Positions 1 to 7,724 of a stretch of 64,000 nucleotides of DNA are shown one piece after another. The translations under genes and the position numbers were made by a program. The notes beneath the pieces are model-generated. The model did no database searches, was not told where the DNA came from, and was given only the letters and a program-made list of their open reading frames with translations. Position 1 is the stretch's first letter. Every line of letters starts with the position of its first letter. Source of the stretch: a virus; IMG/VR virus record IMGVR_UViG_3300003320_000766. The stretch is one strand, 5' to 3'.

Positions 1-16
1 TGTAGAACGAAGAGAT

Positions 17-97
17 ATGAGCCTATTCGAATTCATTCACCTAATTATATCCTTCGTTAGCTGGATGGCTATAATCTATCTTTTCAACACTTACTAA
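17..97 (+). CDS. Short hydrophobic peptide (may be 5'-truncated by the window)
   Basis: Frame open from base 2; MSLFEFIHLIISFVSWMAIIYLFNTY then TAA at 95-97. Read manually. Confidence 0.35.
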   Translation: MSLFEFIHLIISFVSWMAIIYLFNTY

Positions 98-107
98 ATC
101 TAATTAC

Positions 108-299
108 ATGCCCAGAGAGCTTTCACGATTAGAATTATATTTAAAGCATGTGAACACCGATCTGAATTCTCTAAACATACAATTAAGCCACGAGTTCAGA
201 AATCAGAAACTTAATGCTCACATACGCAAAAGAATCAATTCCACCATCCATAACTTGGATAAAATCAAAATTAAATTAACCAATTACAAACAAGGTTAA
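108..299 (+). CDS. Hypothetical 63-aa basic helical protein
   Basis: ORF track; ends GGT TAA, which is the 5' strand of hammerhead 1. Confidence 0.6.
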   Translation: MPRELSRLELYLKHVNTDLNSLNIQLSHEFRNQKLNAHIRKRINSTIHNLDKIKIKLTNYKQG

Positions 300-340
300 C
301 TGACGAGCCCCACGGCGAAACCCGGAAACGGGTCTTAACC
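294..340 (+). ncRNA. Type I hammerhead ribozyme 1
   Basis: Stem I GGUUAA(294-299)/UUAACC(335-340); CUGACGA 300-306; stem II GCC-CCAC-GGC; GAAA 317-320; stem III CCCG-GAAA-CGGG; GUC triplet, predicted cleavage after C334. Confidence 0.88.
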
Positions 341-353
341 AAAACACATTCCA

Positions 354-635
354 ATGAACGAATTAGAAAAAATTTCTGTGCAATCAATCATGGAATTAAA
401 TACCGAAGCAACGGCTTTAAAAGGTGAGTTAGGGATGGCTGCTTACAGATACTACACAGAATTAGCCAAGATTGAAAAGGAACCAATCACAGAGAAGAAT
501 ACACAGTATACGAAAGATTATACGCAGAGACAACTCACCGAAAAATACCACAGAGAAGAACAGAATCTTAGTTCTCAGTATCGCAAGATAACGAGCAGGA
601 TTGAGGCTTTATGTAAAGCATTAATTGCAGGTTAA
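354..635 (+). CDS. Hypothetical 93-aa coiled-coil protein flanked by the two hammerheads
   Basis: ORF track; helical, charged; ends GGT TAA, the 5' strand of hammerhead 2. Confidence 0.7.
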   Translation: MNELEKISVQSIMELNTEATALKGELGMAAYRYYTELAKIEKEPITEKNTQYTKDYTQRQLTEKYHREEQNLSSQYRKITSRIEALCKALIAG

Positions 636-678
636 CTGATGAGGCAAGCGCCGAAACCAGCGAAAGCTGGTCTTAATC
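630..678 (+). ncRNA. Type I hammerhead ribozyme 2
   Basis: Stem I GGUUAA(630-635)/UUAAUC(673-678); CUGAUGA 636-642; stem II GGC-AAGC-GCC; GAAA 653-656; stem III CCAGC-GAAA-GCUGG; GUC triplet, predicted cleavage after C672. Confidence 0.9.
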
Positions 679-695
679 AAAACCACACGTCTATA

Positions 696-1799
696 ATGAA
701 CCACCTATTTAACTCCGACCCATACGGCGAAGTAATCTGCCGTTGGTTTACTCAACATTCCCCAGCTTCCATATCCCGCTCAAAGGAATGTACACTGGAA
801 ATCCTTTCAAGCCTTCTTATTGGCACCAAAGAAAATAGATACGGTCCTATTCCGGTGCCAGAGCACTTGGTAGTTATTCGCGAAACTATTCGCAAATCAA
901 TCGCCATGAACCTGCCGATTCCTATTCTTGTTCCATGGGGCGGCATCAAAGGGAACATGGAGGACCAGACATTGGATATTGCAGAAGTATCTGCGATCTT
1001 TCAGCTTCTACATTTAGACAAAACTATCCGAGAAATTTACGAACCGGGCCTTCTGATCAACGTCAGGATAGAAGACCTGGGGGCTGAATGGCTCTATCGG
1101 GAACTGTCAGTAAGCCGAAAAATCATCAATTACTCTTTATCTATGGAAAGGTTGATTGATAAGATTAAAGGCGAAACAGCAATCACTGGCATTTCAGAAA
1201 GTACGCTAATGCTTCCTGGAGATTATTTTTCATCCTCGATGGTTTATTCAAACCTATTGTTTGACATGATCAATCAACAAATTGAAAAACCAGAACGGGA
1301 TGTTAACGACATTGACGCGTATTGCACACTGGTAGAGATGGGATGGAAAGGTACTGTCCCTATTATACAAAGGGAATACTATATATCCCGCTATCGCAAT
1401 CTTTATCCGGATAAAACTGAAAAAGATTACATCCGTATGCTGGCAGATTATCTGGGAGGAGCCAAAGCCAGATACGATCTTAACGGAAGGGCAGAGCCTA
1501 CATCTGAGGTCGGTTCATATATCCAAATCACTTTCGTTCCACCTGTCCCAGGAGCACCCTCATCTATTTTTAACAATACCCTCTACTGGAGAAGTGTTCC
1601 TATGTCCCAATCCAGGAGCCATATTGCCCCCTGGAGAGCAAAGGGATATCTTAAGATAGGGGAAGAGACCGTTAAAGGCAAAATCACCAACTTTGGTGAC
1701 CCTGTTTTACAAGAATTGGTTCCATCCACCACTACTATCAGAACTGGTAATAGTCAACAAGACTTTGTAAAAATCAGCACTGACTACGTGATTGAATAA
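696..1799 (+). CDS. Dit1/PvcA (isonitrile/isocyanide synthase)-like protein, divergent
   Basis: PIPILVP..K...LDIAEVSAIFQLLHLDKTIREIYEPGLLINVRIED parallels the PvcA/IsnA pattern (LPAFP.KS..PD.AE..AL..L..L...I...Y.PG..I....D). C-terminal IQITFVP..APWR parallels RLSIHP..TPWH. Start moved from 639 to ATG 696 because 639 lies inside hammerhead 2. Confidence 0.65.
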   Translation: MNHLFNSDPYGEVICRWFTQHSPASISRSKECTLEILSSLLIGTKENRYGPIPVPEHLVVIRETIRKSIAMNLPIPILVPWGGIKGNMEDQTLDIAEVSAIFQLLHLDKTIREIYEPGLLINVRIEDLGAEWLYRELSVSRKIINYSLSMERLIDKIKGETAITGISESTLMLPGDYFSSSMVYSNLLFDMINQQIEKPERDVNDIDAYCTLVEMGWKGTVPIIQREYYISRYRNLYPDKTEKDYIRMLADYLGGAKARYDLNGRAEPTSEVGSYIQITFVPPVPGAPSSIFNNTLYWRSVPMSQSRSHIAPWRAKGYLKIGEETVKGKITNFGDPVLQELVPSTTTIRTGNSQQDFVKISTDYVIE

Positions 1800-1836
1800 T
1801 AAATTAAAAATATTTTTTTATCTCAATTAAATTACC

Positions 1837-1844
1837 AATCTTTG
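1837..1844 (+). promoter_or_regulatory. Possible Bacteroidota sigma-A -7 box (AATCTTTG, one mismatch)
   Basis: Near-match to TAnnTTTG in an AT-rich gap upstream of a terminated non-coding stretch. Confidence 0.35.
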
Positions 1845-1849
1845 TTAAG

Positions 1850-1969
1850 GCAAAGAGATAGACAAGTTTGTTCAATAGCTTTTTTCATAGGTATAGTAAT
1901 GTAGGTAATCCTACAACTCGAACATTCAGCTGCGAACCTAGCCGGTCTCTACTGGCTAGGTTTTTTTTT
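1850..1969 (+). ncRNA. Candidate small RNA
   Basis: Non-coding, between a promoter-like box and a strong terminator; contains UUUUUUCAUAGGU and the hairpin UGUAGG-UAAU-CCUACA. Confidence 0.35.
1935..1969 (+). terminator. Intrinsic terminator
   Basis: AACCTAGCCGG-tctcta-CTGGCTAGGTT stem followed by a T9 tract. Confidence 0.85.
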
Positions 1970-1995
1970 ATTTTAAAAATAATTTTAAGAGCAAA

Positions 1996-2760
1996 ATGAA
2001 AAGTGAAAATCTGTTTGGCATTAAATTTTCAGAAAATGTCGGCCAAATTAAGACACAAGTAATTAATCATATTAATGATCGAATGCTTAGCATTGATTTT
2101 ATCCCAGGTGGTGATCGTACAAACCTTGATAAACTCATGTCTGAAGAGGGGCTTAAACAATATTACATTACTCCAGATGTCATAAACATTTGCCAAAAAA
2201 TAAAAATTAGCAAGCCGTATAATTTAGATTGGATAAAAGCACCGCTGCATGTGAAAAAGCAGTATAATTTTGGTGATACTTTTTTCAGATTTCTATATGT
2301 CAATGGCAGCTATTTTGTCTTATCTTGTCATTCCTACAAAAACAACAAGGGGGGTGTAAGCATAAAAAACTATTTTATGCAGATAGACCTGGGCGCAAAA
2401 AAAATGCAGATTGCTGATGATGAATATGCCGAAACTGCTCTAAAGTTATTTTTACAATTACTTGCCTTTATAGAGTCAACAGAAATTGAAGAGGTAACTG
2501 TTACTCCAGGTAAATGGTCTCCCAAAGAAGAAAAAGAACAGCTTAAAAACCAAGCCGCCTTCCCTATTGTAATGGTAAAAACAAACTGGGTTAAAACTCT
2601 CATTCGAATGGAAGGTTTTGATGTCTCAGGACACATTCGCCTACAGCGCCATGGCCCTAACAATTCGCTGGTAAAATCTATCTGGATAAATCCATATACA
2701 AAAAAAGGATATACACTTAAAGCCGGAAAAATAAAAGAGGAGGAAAATAGTTATGAATAA
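1996..2760 (+). CDS. Hypothetical phage protein (254 aa)
   Basis: Long ORF; C-terminal VSGHIRLQRHGP..IWINPY motif of a kind common in uncharacterised phage proteins. Confidence 0.75.
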   Translation: MKSENLFGIKFSENVGQIKTQVINHINDRMLSIDFIPGGDRTNLDKLMSEEGLKQYYITPDVINICQKIKISKPYNLDWIKAPLHVKKQYNFGDTFFRFLYVNGSYFVLSCHSYKNNKGGVSIKNYFMQIDLGAKKMQIADDEYAETALKLFLQLLAFIESTEIEEVTVTPGKWSPKEEKEQLKNQAAFPIVMVKTNWVKTLIRMEGFDVSGHIRLQRHGPNNSLVKSIWINPYTKKGYTLKAGKIKEEENSYE

Positions 2761-3022
2761 ACCAGATAAAATAGAGGAGAAACCGGTAATAAGTCAAGAA
2801 ATAGTTTCTTTTCTTTCGGACCTAATCTTGCTGACTACATTCGCGAAAAGAAAAGGAGTAAGCAAAGATGCTGTATATTACAATATTCGTAATGGCAGAA
2901 TTAAGGAAGACGATTTGATTTGGATAGATATTTACCAGTACATTCGCTGGAGCCAATATAAGGACTTCAGCTTTAAAGACCATGCATTAAGTAAAACTTC
3001 TAAACGAGCAAGTAAACGGTAA
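2753..3022 (+). CDS. Helix-turn-helix DNA-binding protein
   Basis: LTTFAKRKGVSKDAVYYNIRNGRI, excisionase/MerR-like HTH pattern. Confidence 0.6.
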   Translation: MNKPDKIEEKPVISQEIVSFLSDLILLTTFAKRKGVSKDAVYYNIRNGRIKEDDLIWIDIYQYIRWSQYKDFSFKDHALSKTSKRASKR

Positions 3023-3025
3023 GCT

Positions 3026-3250
3026 ATGTCACTTGTTATATGCAATTCCATAGGAAGCATTGATCTTTGCAGAGGATGTGGTGCAGCGAAACCACATTTA
3101 CATGGCAGCTGTGAGCCTTGTCCAGTGAATAAAGAAGCTCACTGTATAGTGTGGTCCAATATTCCGTCTGATCATTTAACAACTCATAATTCAAATAATA
3201 ATTATCATGATGAAGCCAAGGAATGGGAAGGTGCTAATCCTTCCAAATAA
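3026..3250 (+). CDS. Small Cys/His-rich protein
   Basis: CRGC..PHLHGSCEPC..HC cluster. Confidence 0.55.
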   Translation: MSLVICNSIGSIDLCRGCGAAKPHLHGSCEPCPVNKEAHCIVWSNIPSDHLTTHNSNNNYHDEAKEWEGANPSK

Positions 3251-3512
3251 ACCAACAGAGGTAAGCAAAGGTGGGATAATTATCCCTGAAGCTGCTAAAA
3301 AGGATCAGGACAAAGGTAAAATAGTAGCTATCGGTGAAGACATAACAGATGTCTCTGTAGGAGACCACGTTCTATTTGCCAAGAACAATGTTACCCTCAT
3401 GTCGTATGAAGGAATAAATTATGTCATGGCAAATATTGATGACATAATGGGCGTAATTAATAATTATCAATCGCTCATCCCAAATAATCCTGATGCTCAA
3501 ATTCAAAAATAA
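3207..3512 (+). CDS. groES: Co-chaperonin GroES/Cpn10-like protein
   Basis: MKPRNGKVLI..SKGGIIIP (mobile loop)..GKIVAIG..VSVGDHVLF..DDIMGVI. Start may be 3210. Confidence 0.9.
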   Translation: MMKPRNGKVLILPNKPTEVSKGGIIIPEAAKKDQDKGKIVAIGEDITDVSVGDHVLFAKNNVTLMSYEGINYVMANIDDIMGVINNYQSLIPNNPDAQIQK

Positions 3513-3513
3513 T

Positions 3514-3624
3514 ATGAGACAAAAGAAAGTAATCAATCCTAACAAGCTTGAACTTTATTATAAAATAGGTATAGTGGCTTGTTTCATATTCGAATGTATA
3601 TATTTTGCTTTTTTCAGCAATTGA
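3514..3624 (+). CDS. 36-aa single-TM peptide
   Basis: Manually read ORF MRQKKVINPNKLELYYKIGIVACFIFECIYFAFFSN filling the gap. Confidence 0.5.
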   Translation: MRQKKVINPNKLELYYKIGIVACFIFECIYFAFFSN

Positions 3625-3635
3625 ATTTAAACCAC

Positions 3636-4139
3636 ATGGCTTATCCTTTAGAAACGATTGTTTCACTACTTGAATTTGTGGAAATATTTGAAGCGAATAA
3701 AGAATTAACCACAGATGGAGAGATGGCTTATAGCGTCTTACCAGATGTATTAACCCATCCAGTTTTTATCATTACTTATGATGACGTACTAAATGAAAAC
3801 ATTATTCTCCTGATAGAACCAGGAAGAGTGGCCCCATTTAGCCCACATGAATCATGGGAAGATTTGATGTTCCTCTTACCATTGATTCATAATCAAATAC
3901 ACACTTACCAAAATGCCTCTACTGATGCCGTACAAAGGCATACCACTAATTATTTCCACAATTTCATTTTATCCATAGAAAAGAATATTACCGTTAGCTA
4001 CAGCAAGACTGAATGCTGGAACAACTTAGTTAAACTGGAATCAGCTTTGTATGCAATAAAAATTTATTTTCCAACATTAAATAACAGCAGCAATGGAACT
4101 ACCGGGGATGGACAACAAAGCAATGAACCTATTCAATAG
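3636..4139 (+). CDS. Hypothetical protein
   Basis: ORF track 3579-4139; ATG 3636 preferred (no overlap, A-rich leader). Confidence 0.65.
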   Translation: MAYPLETIVSLLEFVEIFEANKELTTDGEMAYSVLPDVLTHPVFIITYDDVLNENIILLIEPGRVAPFSPHESWEDLMFLLPLIHNQIHTYQNASTDAVQRHTTNYFHNFILSIEKNITVSYSKTECWNNLVKLESALYAIKIYFPTLNNSSNGTTGDGQQSNEPIQ

Positions 4140-4410
4140 GACCAAGATTGAAGAAAACGGTCTTCCGGTAATTACAAATTTGGAATTCCGTATATCATGT
4201 GAACGTCTAAGATCAGGTGACATGTCGGCATATGATGAAACTATTACTAAATACACCCTAATTGATGGGCAGAAAAATCTTTTTATCTCATTGTATAAAA
4301 AGTTGGTCCCAGAGCAAGACGATTATGACGAATTCACTAAGAACTATATTGCCACATATAATTTATTTCCTCATCCAGACTCTCCAAATTATTCATCTTC
4401 TAATATTTGA
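4093..4410 (+). CDS. Hypothetical protein
   Basis: ORF track; packed in the co-directional run. Confidence 0.6.
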   Translation: MELPGMDNKAMNLFNRTKIEENGLPVITNLEFRISCERLRSGDMSAYDETITKYTLIDGQKNLFISLYKKLVPEQDDYDEFTKNYIATYNLFPHPDSPNYSSSNI

Positions 4411-4413
4411 CTG

Positions 4414-4839
4414 ATGAGTTATTATACATATTTCAAATTCAAAATAAAGCTTCGTAAAGATACCCCTTTAGAAGTCATACATATTCTGTGTAACTCTATT
4501 GATAACATAGATGATATGACTTACAAAAAAGTAAATCATTCTTTTTTTGATCAAAAAAGATGGATGACGCTATTTCACAAAAATGCCTTTTTTGAAGAAG
4601 AAGGATATCCATGCCTTAAAGTATTTCCTCACTCAGGAAATTATGAATTAAAATTGATTGGTGAAATCAATAACGGTTATGATGAAATTAATCTTTTTTG
4701 TGACTGGATTTCTCCATATGTGATGGGGCATAAGAAAAAGCGTTTTTTGGGGGAAAGCAAGGGAGAAGAACAAAAAACATGCATTAACCATTATGCCATA
4801 TATGATTCCATATCTAAAAGTTATTCTTATAAATATTGA
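4414..4839 (+). CDS. Hypothetical phage protein
   Basis: ORF track; packed operon. Confidence 0.7.
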   Translation: MSYYTYFKFKIKLRKDTPLEVIHILCNSIDNIDDMTYKKVNHSFFDQKRWMTLFHKNAFFEEEGYPCLKVFPHSGNYELKLIGEINNGYDEINLFCDWISPYVMGHKKKRFLGESKGEEQKTCINHYAIYDSISKSYSYKY

Positions 4840-4850
4840 ACTTATATTAT

Positions 4851-5252
4851 ATGGTACTTAAAGATAAAGTGTGTACGCGGGAACAAGCAATCCAATTAAT
4901 GAATCTTGGAATATTTCAACCACTAGAAAGTGAAGAGTGGCAACCAGGAGACATCTATAGTTCACTTACCTCATCTTCAGACGATGGTTATATTTTTATA
5001 TTAGGTCATCAAGAAGATTCTCCTTATAAAATTTATCACCCTGTCAAACTATATGATTGCGCCGAACTTGGGGCAATGCTTCTCTCTTATAACGAAGCCT
5101 ATTATACTAAAAACAACATGTGGGCATGTGGTGATCTACCTGGAGCATTTCCCACAGAAGCGCAAGCTAAGGCTAATAGGCTCATACAATTACTTTCGGA
5201 TGAAATCTTATCCGCAACCGAAATAAATCACCTATTTAATGACCGTAAATAA
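4851..5252 (+). CDS. Hypothetical phage protein
   Basis: VCTREQAIQLMNLG N-terminus; ATG 4851 preferred to the TTG start at 4836. Confidence 0.65.
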   Translation: MVLKDKVCTREQAIQLMNLGIFQPLESEEWQPGDIYSSLTSSSDDGYIFILGHQEDSPYKIYHPVKLYDCAELGAMLLSYNEAYYTKNNMWACGDLPGAFPTEAQAKANRLIQLLSDEILSATEINHLFNDRK

Positions 5253-5257
5253 ATACC

Positions 5258-5629
5258 ATGAAAGAAACGTCTAACATTCCAGTAGAAGATATACTCAAAA
5301 AAGCCTTAAATACCGACAGGCTCAGTTTTTCTTACCGTGAAGTAGTTATTCCAGCTATAAAAAAATGGAATTACGAAACTATTTCTTCACATCAAGCCCT
5401 CATTAGTTTACAAGAAAAGGAGATAAAAGACCTTAGAGAAGAATTGCTTTTAATGAGAAAAGAAAAGGAACATGTTCTCAGCACTCAAGGAATCCTATTT
5501 AGGATCGGCTCTATTAATCGTCCGTTTATATCTCTTTATATGAATGAGTGGATATTCTTCGTGGCAATTGCACTTATTGCAGCTACTTCGATGTACATCT
5601 TACTTAGTATAATCCTATGTTTACAATAA
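5258..5629 (+). CDS. Coiled-coil protein with C-terminal TM helix
   Basis: WIFFVAIALIAATSMYILLSIILC hydrophobic tail. Confidence 0.6.
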   Translation: MKETSNIPVEDILKKALNTDRLSFSYREVVIPAIKKWNYETISSHQALISLQEKEIKDLREELLLMRKEKEHVLSTQGILFRIGSINRPFISLYMNEWIFFVAIALIAATSMYILLSIILCLQ

Positions 5630-5970
5630 ACGAAACGTTTTGCATGTACACAGTGATTGGGTACTTAGCAATTGTAATCAGCACAATATTAGTTGCAATT
5701 TTTTCATGCTTAAACTTCAATAAAAAAATGAAAGTCCAACTTAAAATATTAGACACTGATAAATTCTTTTATGATTCACCAAATGCTGGAGAACCTTCTT
5801 GTCTCTGTAGCAGATGTGGCAAACAAATCCCTGAAGGAGAAAAAATCCTCAGAGTGGCTGTTGGTGCTGATGATATAAAAACAGGCACTGGACAAACTGT
5901 AGAAGATGCCGCCCATGGCTCTGAATTCAGGCTTTGTGAAACCTGTTTAAAAAACATTTCTCATAAATGA
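5617..5970 (+). CDS. Membrane-anchored zinc-finger protein
   Basis: N-terminal TM segment; CLCSRCG...LCETCL. Confidence 0.6.
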   Translation: MFTINETFCMYTVIGYLAIVISTILVAIFSCLNFNKKMKVQLKILDTDKFFYDSPNAGEPSCLCSRCGKQIPEGEKILRVAVGADDIKTGTGQTVEDAAHGSEFRLCETCLKNISHK

Positions 5971-6320
5971 ATTATAAAAGAAAGTCGCCTTGCAATAACT
6001 GCCCCTATAGGATAGATGCTCCTCTTAAATTATGGCATATAGAGGAATTTAAAAAGCTATTACATGCGGAAGGAACTACTCTCGGCAGGGTATATGGTTG
6101 TCACAAAAATGATAACCATGTCTGTGTTGGATGGCTAATAGATCAGGATAAAAGATATTTCCCATCTCTTTCTTTAAGAATTGATCTAAGCAGAAACAAT
6201 GTGGATAGATCGTACTTAAACAACTTGAAAAGTCCTGTTCCATTATACAACTCAATTCGAGAAATGGCATATGCCAATTACCCACAATTAAAACTTTTGA
6301 AAGATGGAAAATCTCAATAA
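5967..6320 (+). CDS. DUF6283-like Cys-rich protein
   Basis: PCNNCPYRIDAP..W..EEF..GCHK..VCVGW pattern recalled for this family. Confidence 0.55.
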   Translation: MNYKRKSPCNNCPYRIDAPLKLWHIEEFKKLLHAEGTTLGRVYGCHKNDNHVCVGWLIDQDKRYFPSLSLRIDLSRNNVDRSYLNNLKSPVPLYNSIREMAYANYPQLKLLKDGKSQ

Positions 6321-6618
6321 GGATACCTTTTGGGACAATTGCTATTTTCTTTATCCGAAATCCACTCAGAAATTCTGTAACTGGATTGATGAGTATAAAA
6401 AGAAAGTGGGCTGGACTACCTTGTTTAAAGAAGACGTGAAGTTTCATGATATCCCATTAGCCATGCAAACTGGTATTTGGTTAGAGTACATGCAGGAACA
6501 GGGCTGTTATATGGAAATAGACGTTATGGAATTTGATTTAGAGGATGATATATTAAACTGGATGTGTCAGGGTGAAATGGCGATTCAAAAACTAGAAGAT
6601 GGTGAAAAATTTAGTTGA
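6304..6618 (+). CDS. Hypothetical acidic protein
   Basis: ORF track. Confidence 0.6.
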   Translation: MENLNKDTFWDNCYFLYPKSTQKFCNWIDEYKKKVGWTTLFKEDVKFHDIPLAMQTGIWLEYMQEQGCYMEIDVMEFDLEDDILNWMCQGEMAIQKLEDGEKFS

Positions 6619-7000
6619 TGGACCACCTATAGGTATTTTAGTTACCTGGGGGAAAGATATGATTAAGGAAAAGGGAGGGCTTTTGGCTTTCCTCAGGTAT
6701 TTTGAGCAAGGCATGTATTCAGAGGATTTTGGCTGGCTCCATAAATGCAATCATAAACCAGCTCACGATATCCTCTATGTCTACATTGTCGTTTGTAATC
6801 AAATCCGCTATAAGCTCTATTACGGAGGATATCAAACTGGTCCTACCACAATTTATAATGGTGATGGTAGATCATGGAGCTCCTCACAGATAATTAATTG
6901 GCCACGTTTAGTATTGGCTGGACCTGTAGTAAAAGCTCCTTACAAAATTCCTCAGAAAGGCTTTCAAGGCTTTAGATACATATTTACTGAACCTTTTTAA
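6599..7000 (+). CDS. Hypothetical protein, possibly PUA/ASCH-like
   Basis: C-terminal PYKIPQKGFQGFRY resembles ASCH-type termini; weak. Confidence 0.45.
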   Translation: MVKNLVDGPPIGILVTWGKDMIKEKGGLLAFLRYFEQGMYSEDFGWLHKCNHKPAHDILYVYIVVCNQIRYKLYYGGYQTGPTTIYNGDGRSWSSSQIINWPRLVLAGPVVKAPYKIPQKGFQGFRYIFTEPF

Positions 7001-7015
7001 CTTAAACTTTCTTCT

Positions 7016-7231
7016 ATGGAAAAGAAAAAATGGCTACGCCTGACAACTCCTGATAATGAAGGCTACATAATTGGCGAAGCGAATGCCGATAATATTGTAG
7101 ACTCATTTACAGCAGTTGGACAATGGATTCAATCTGACATAGAAAGTGACCCGGATACAGACCCTGGGGATTATAGGATTGATTATGTAATGATGACCGA
7201 TGAAGAGGTAGAAAAACTTCCAGAACCATAA
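7016..7231 (+). CDS. Hypothetical acidic protein
   Basis: ORF track. Confidence 0.6.
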   Translation: MEKKKWLRLTTPDNEGYIIGEANADNIVDSFTAVGQWIQSDIESDPDTDPGDYRIDYVMMTDEEVEKLPEP

Positions 7232-7241
7232 ATAAAAGCAG

Positions 7242-7403
7242 ATGGAAGAATTAACTCATAGTAATGGAATACCGGATATTTTCTGGTTTTTTGTTGGAAT
7301 TGGTATAATGGTTTTTCTCTGCTGTGGCGGCAGGGCATGGGTATTATCGTCGAAACAAAAGCAACATGAAGAATCCACGGAAACAAGTAATAAAAAAACA
7401 TGA
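7242..7403 (+). CDS. 53-aa single-TM protein
   Basis: Manually read MEELTHSNGIPDIFWFFVGIGIMVFLCCGGRAWVLSSK... Confidence 0.5.
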   Translation: MEELTHSNGIPDIFWFFVGIGIMVFLCCGGRAWVLSSKQKQHEESTETSNKKT

Positions 7404-7605
7404 GTGGGAAAGCCATGTATACGGAAAATGCATTCACTGCAAAGTTCACAGATCACTTCAGGAAGCTTATTGGAATATAGGACGTAGATACATATACAGA
7501 GACGTAAACGGAATAATATTAGATAAGCTACCAAAATGTATTACTAGTAAAATACCAGCAGATGAAAGCACATCAAACAAAGACTCCTCTTTCAATGTAT
7601 TTTAG
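7366..7605 (+). CDS. HEW-CxxC-PxC zinc-finger paralog 1
   Basis: KHEWESHVYGKCIHC...LPKCIT; ATG 7366 preferred. Confidence 0.6.
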   Translation: MKNPRKQVIKKHEWESHVYGKCIHCKVHRSLQEAYWNIGRRYIYRDVNGIILDKLPKCITSKIPADESTSNKDSSFNVF

Positions 7606-7711
7606 AGGAACTCTATTTCGCAATATTGAATATAAGTTTGATCGGTTTTTCATTCCATATCGTAAGAATGGATATTGGTACGAAAGAACTTATAACATCA
7701 TTTTAAACTAA
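7562..7711 (+). CDS. 49-aa hypothetical aromatic-rich peptide
   Basis: Manually read MKAHQTKTPLSMYFRGTLFRNIEYKFDRFFIPYRKNGYWYERTYNIILN. Confidence 0.45.
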   Translation: MKAHQTKTPLSMYFRGTLFRNIEYKFDRFFIPYRKNGYWYERTYNIILN

Positions 7712-7724
7712 ATACATTTTCATT

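Noticed and set aside
639-695. N-terminal extension of the 386-aa ORF (MRQAPKPAKAG...)
   Set aside because: The ATG at 639 is part of the hammerhead CUGAUGA core and would be cut off; ATG 696 has the same leader style as ATG 354.
4411-4440. CTGATGAG as a third hammerhead
   Set aside because: No stem II, GAAA or GUH follows; it is just the start region of the 4414 gene.
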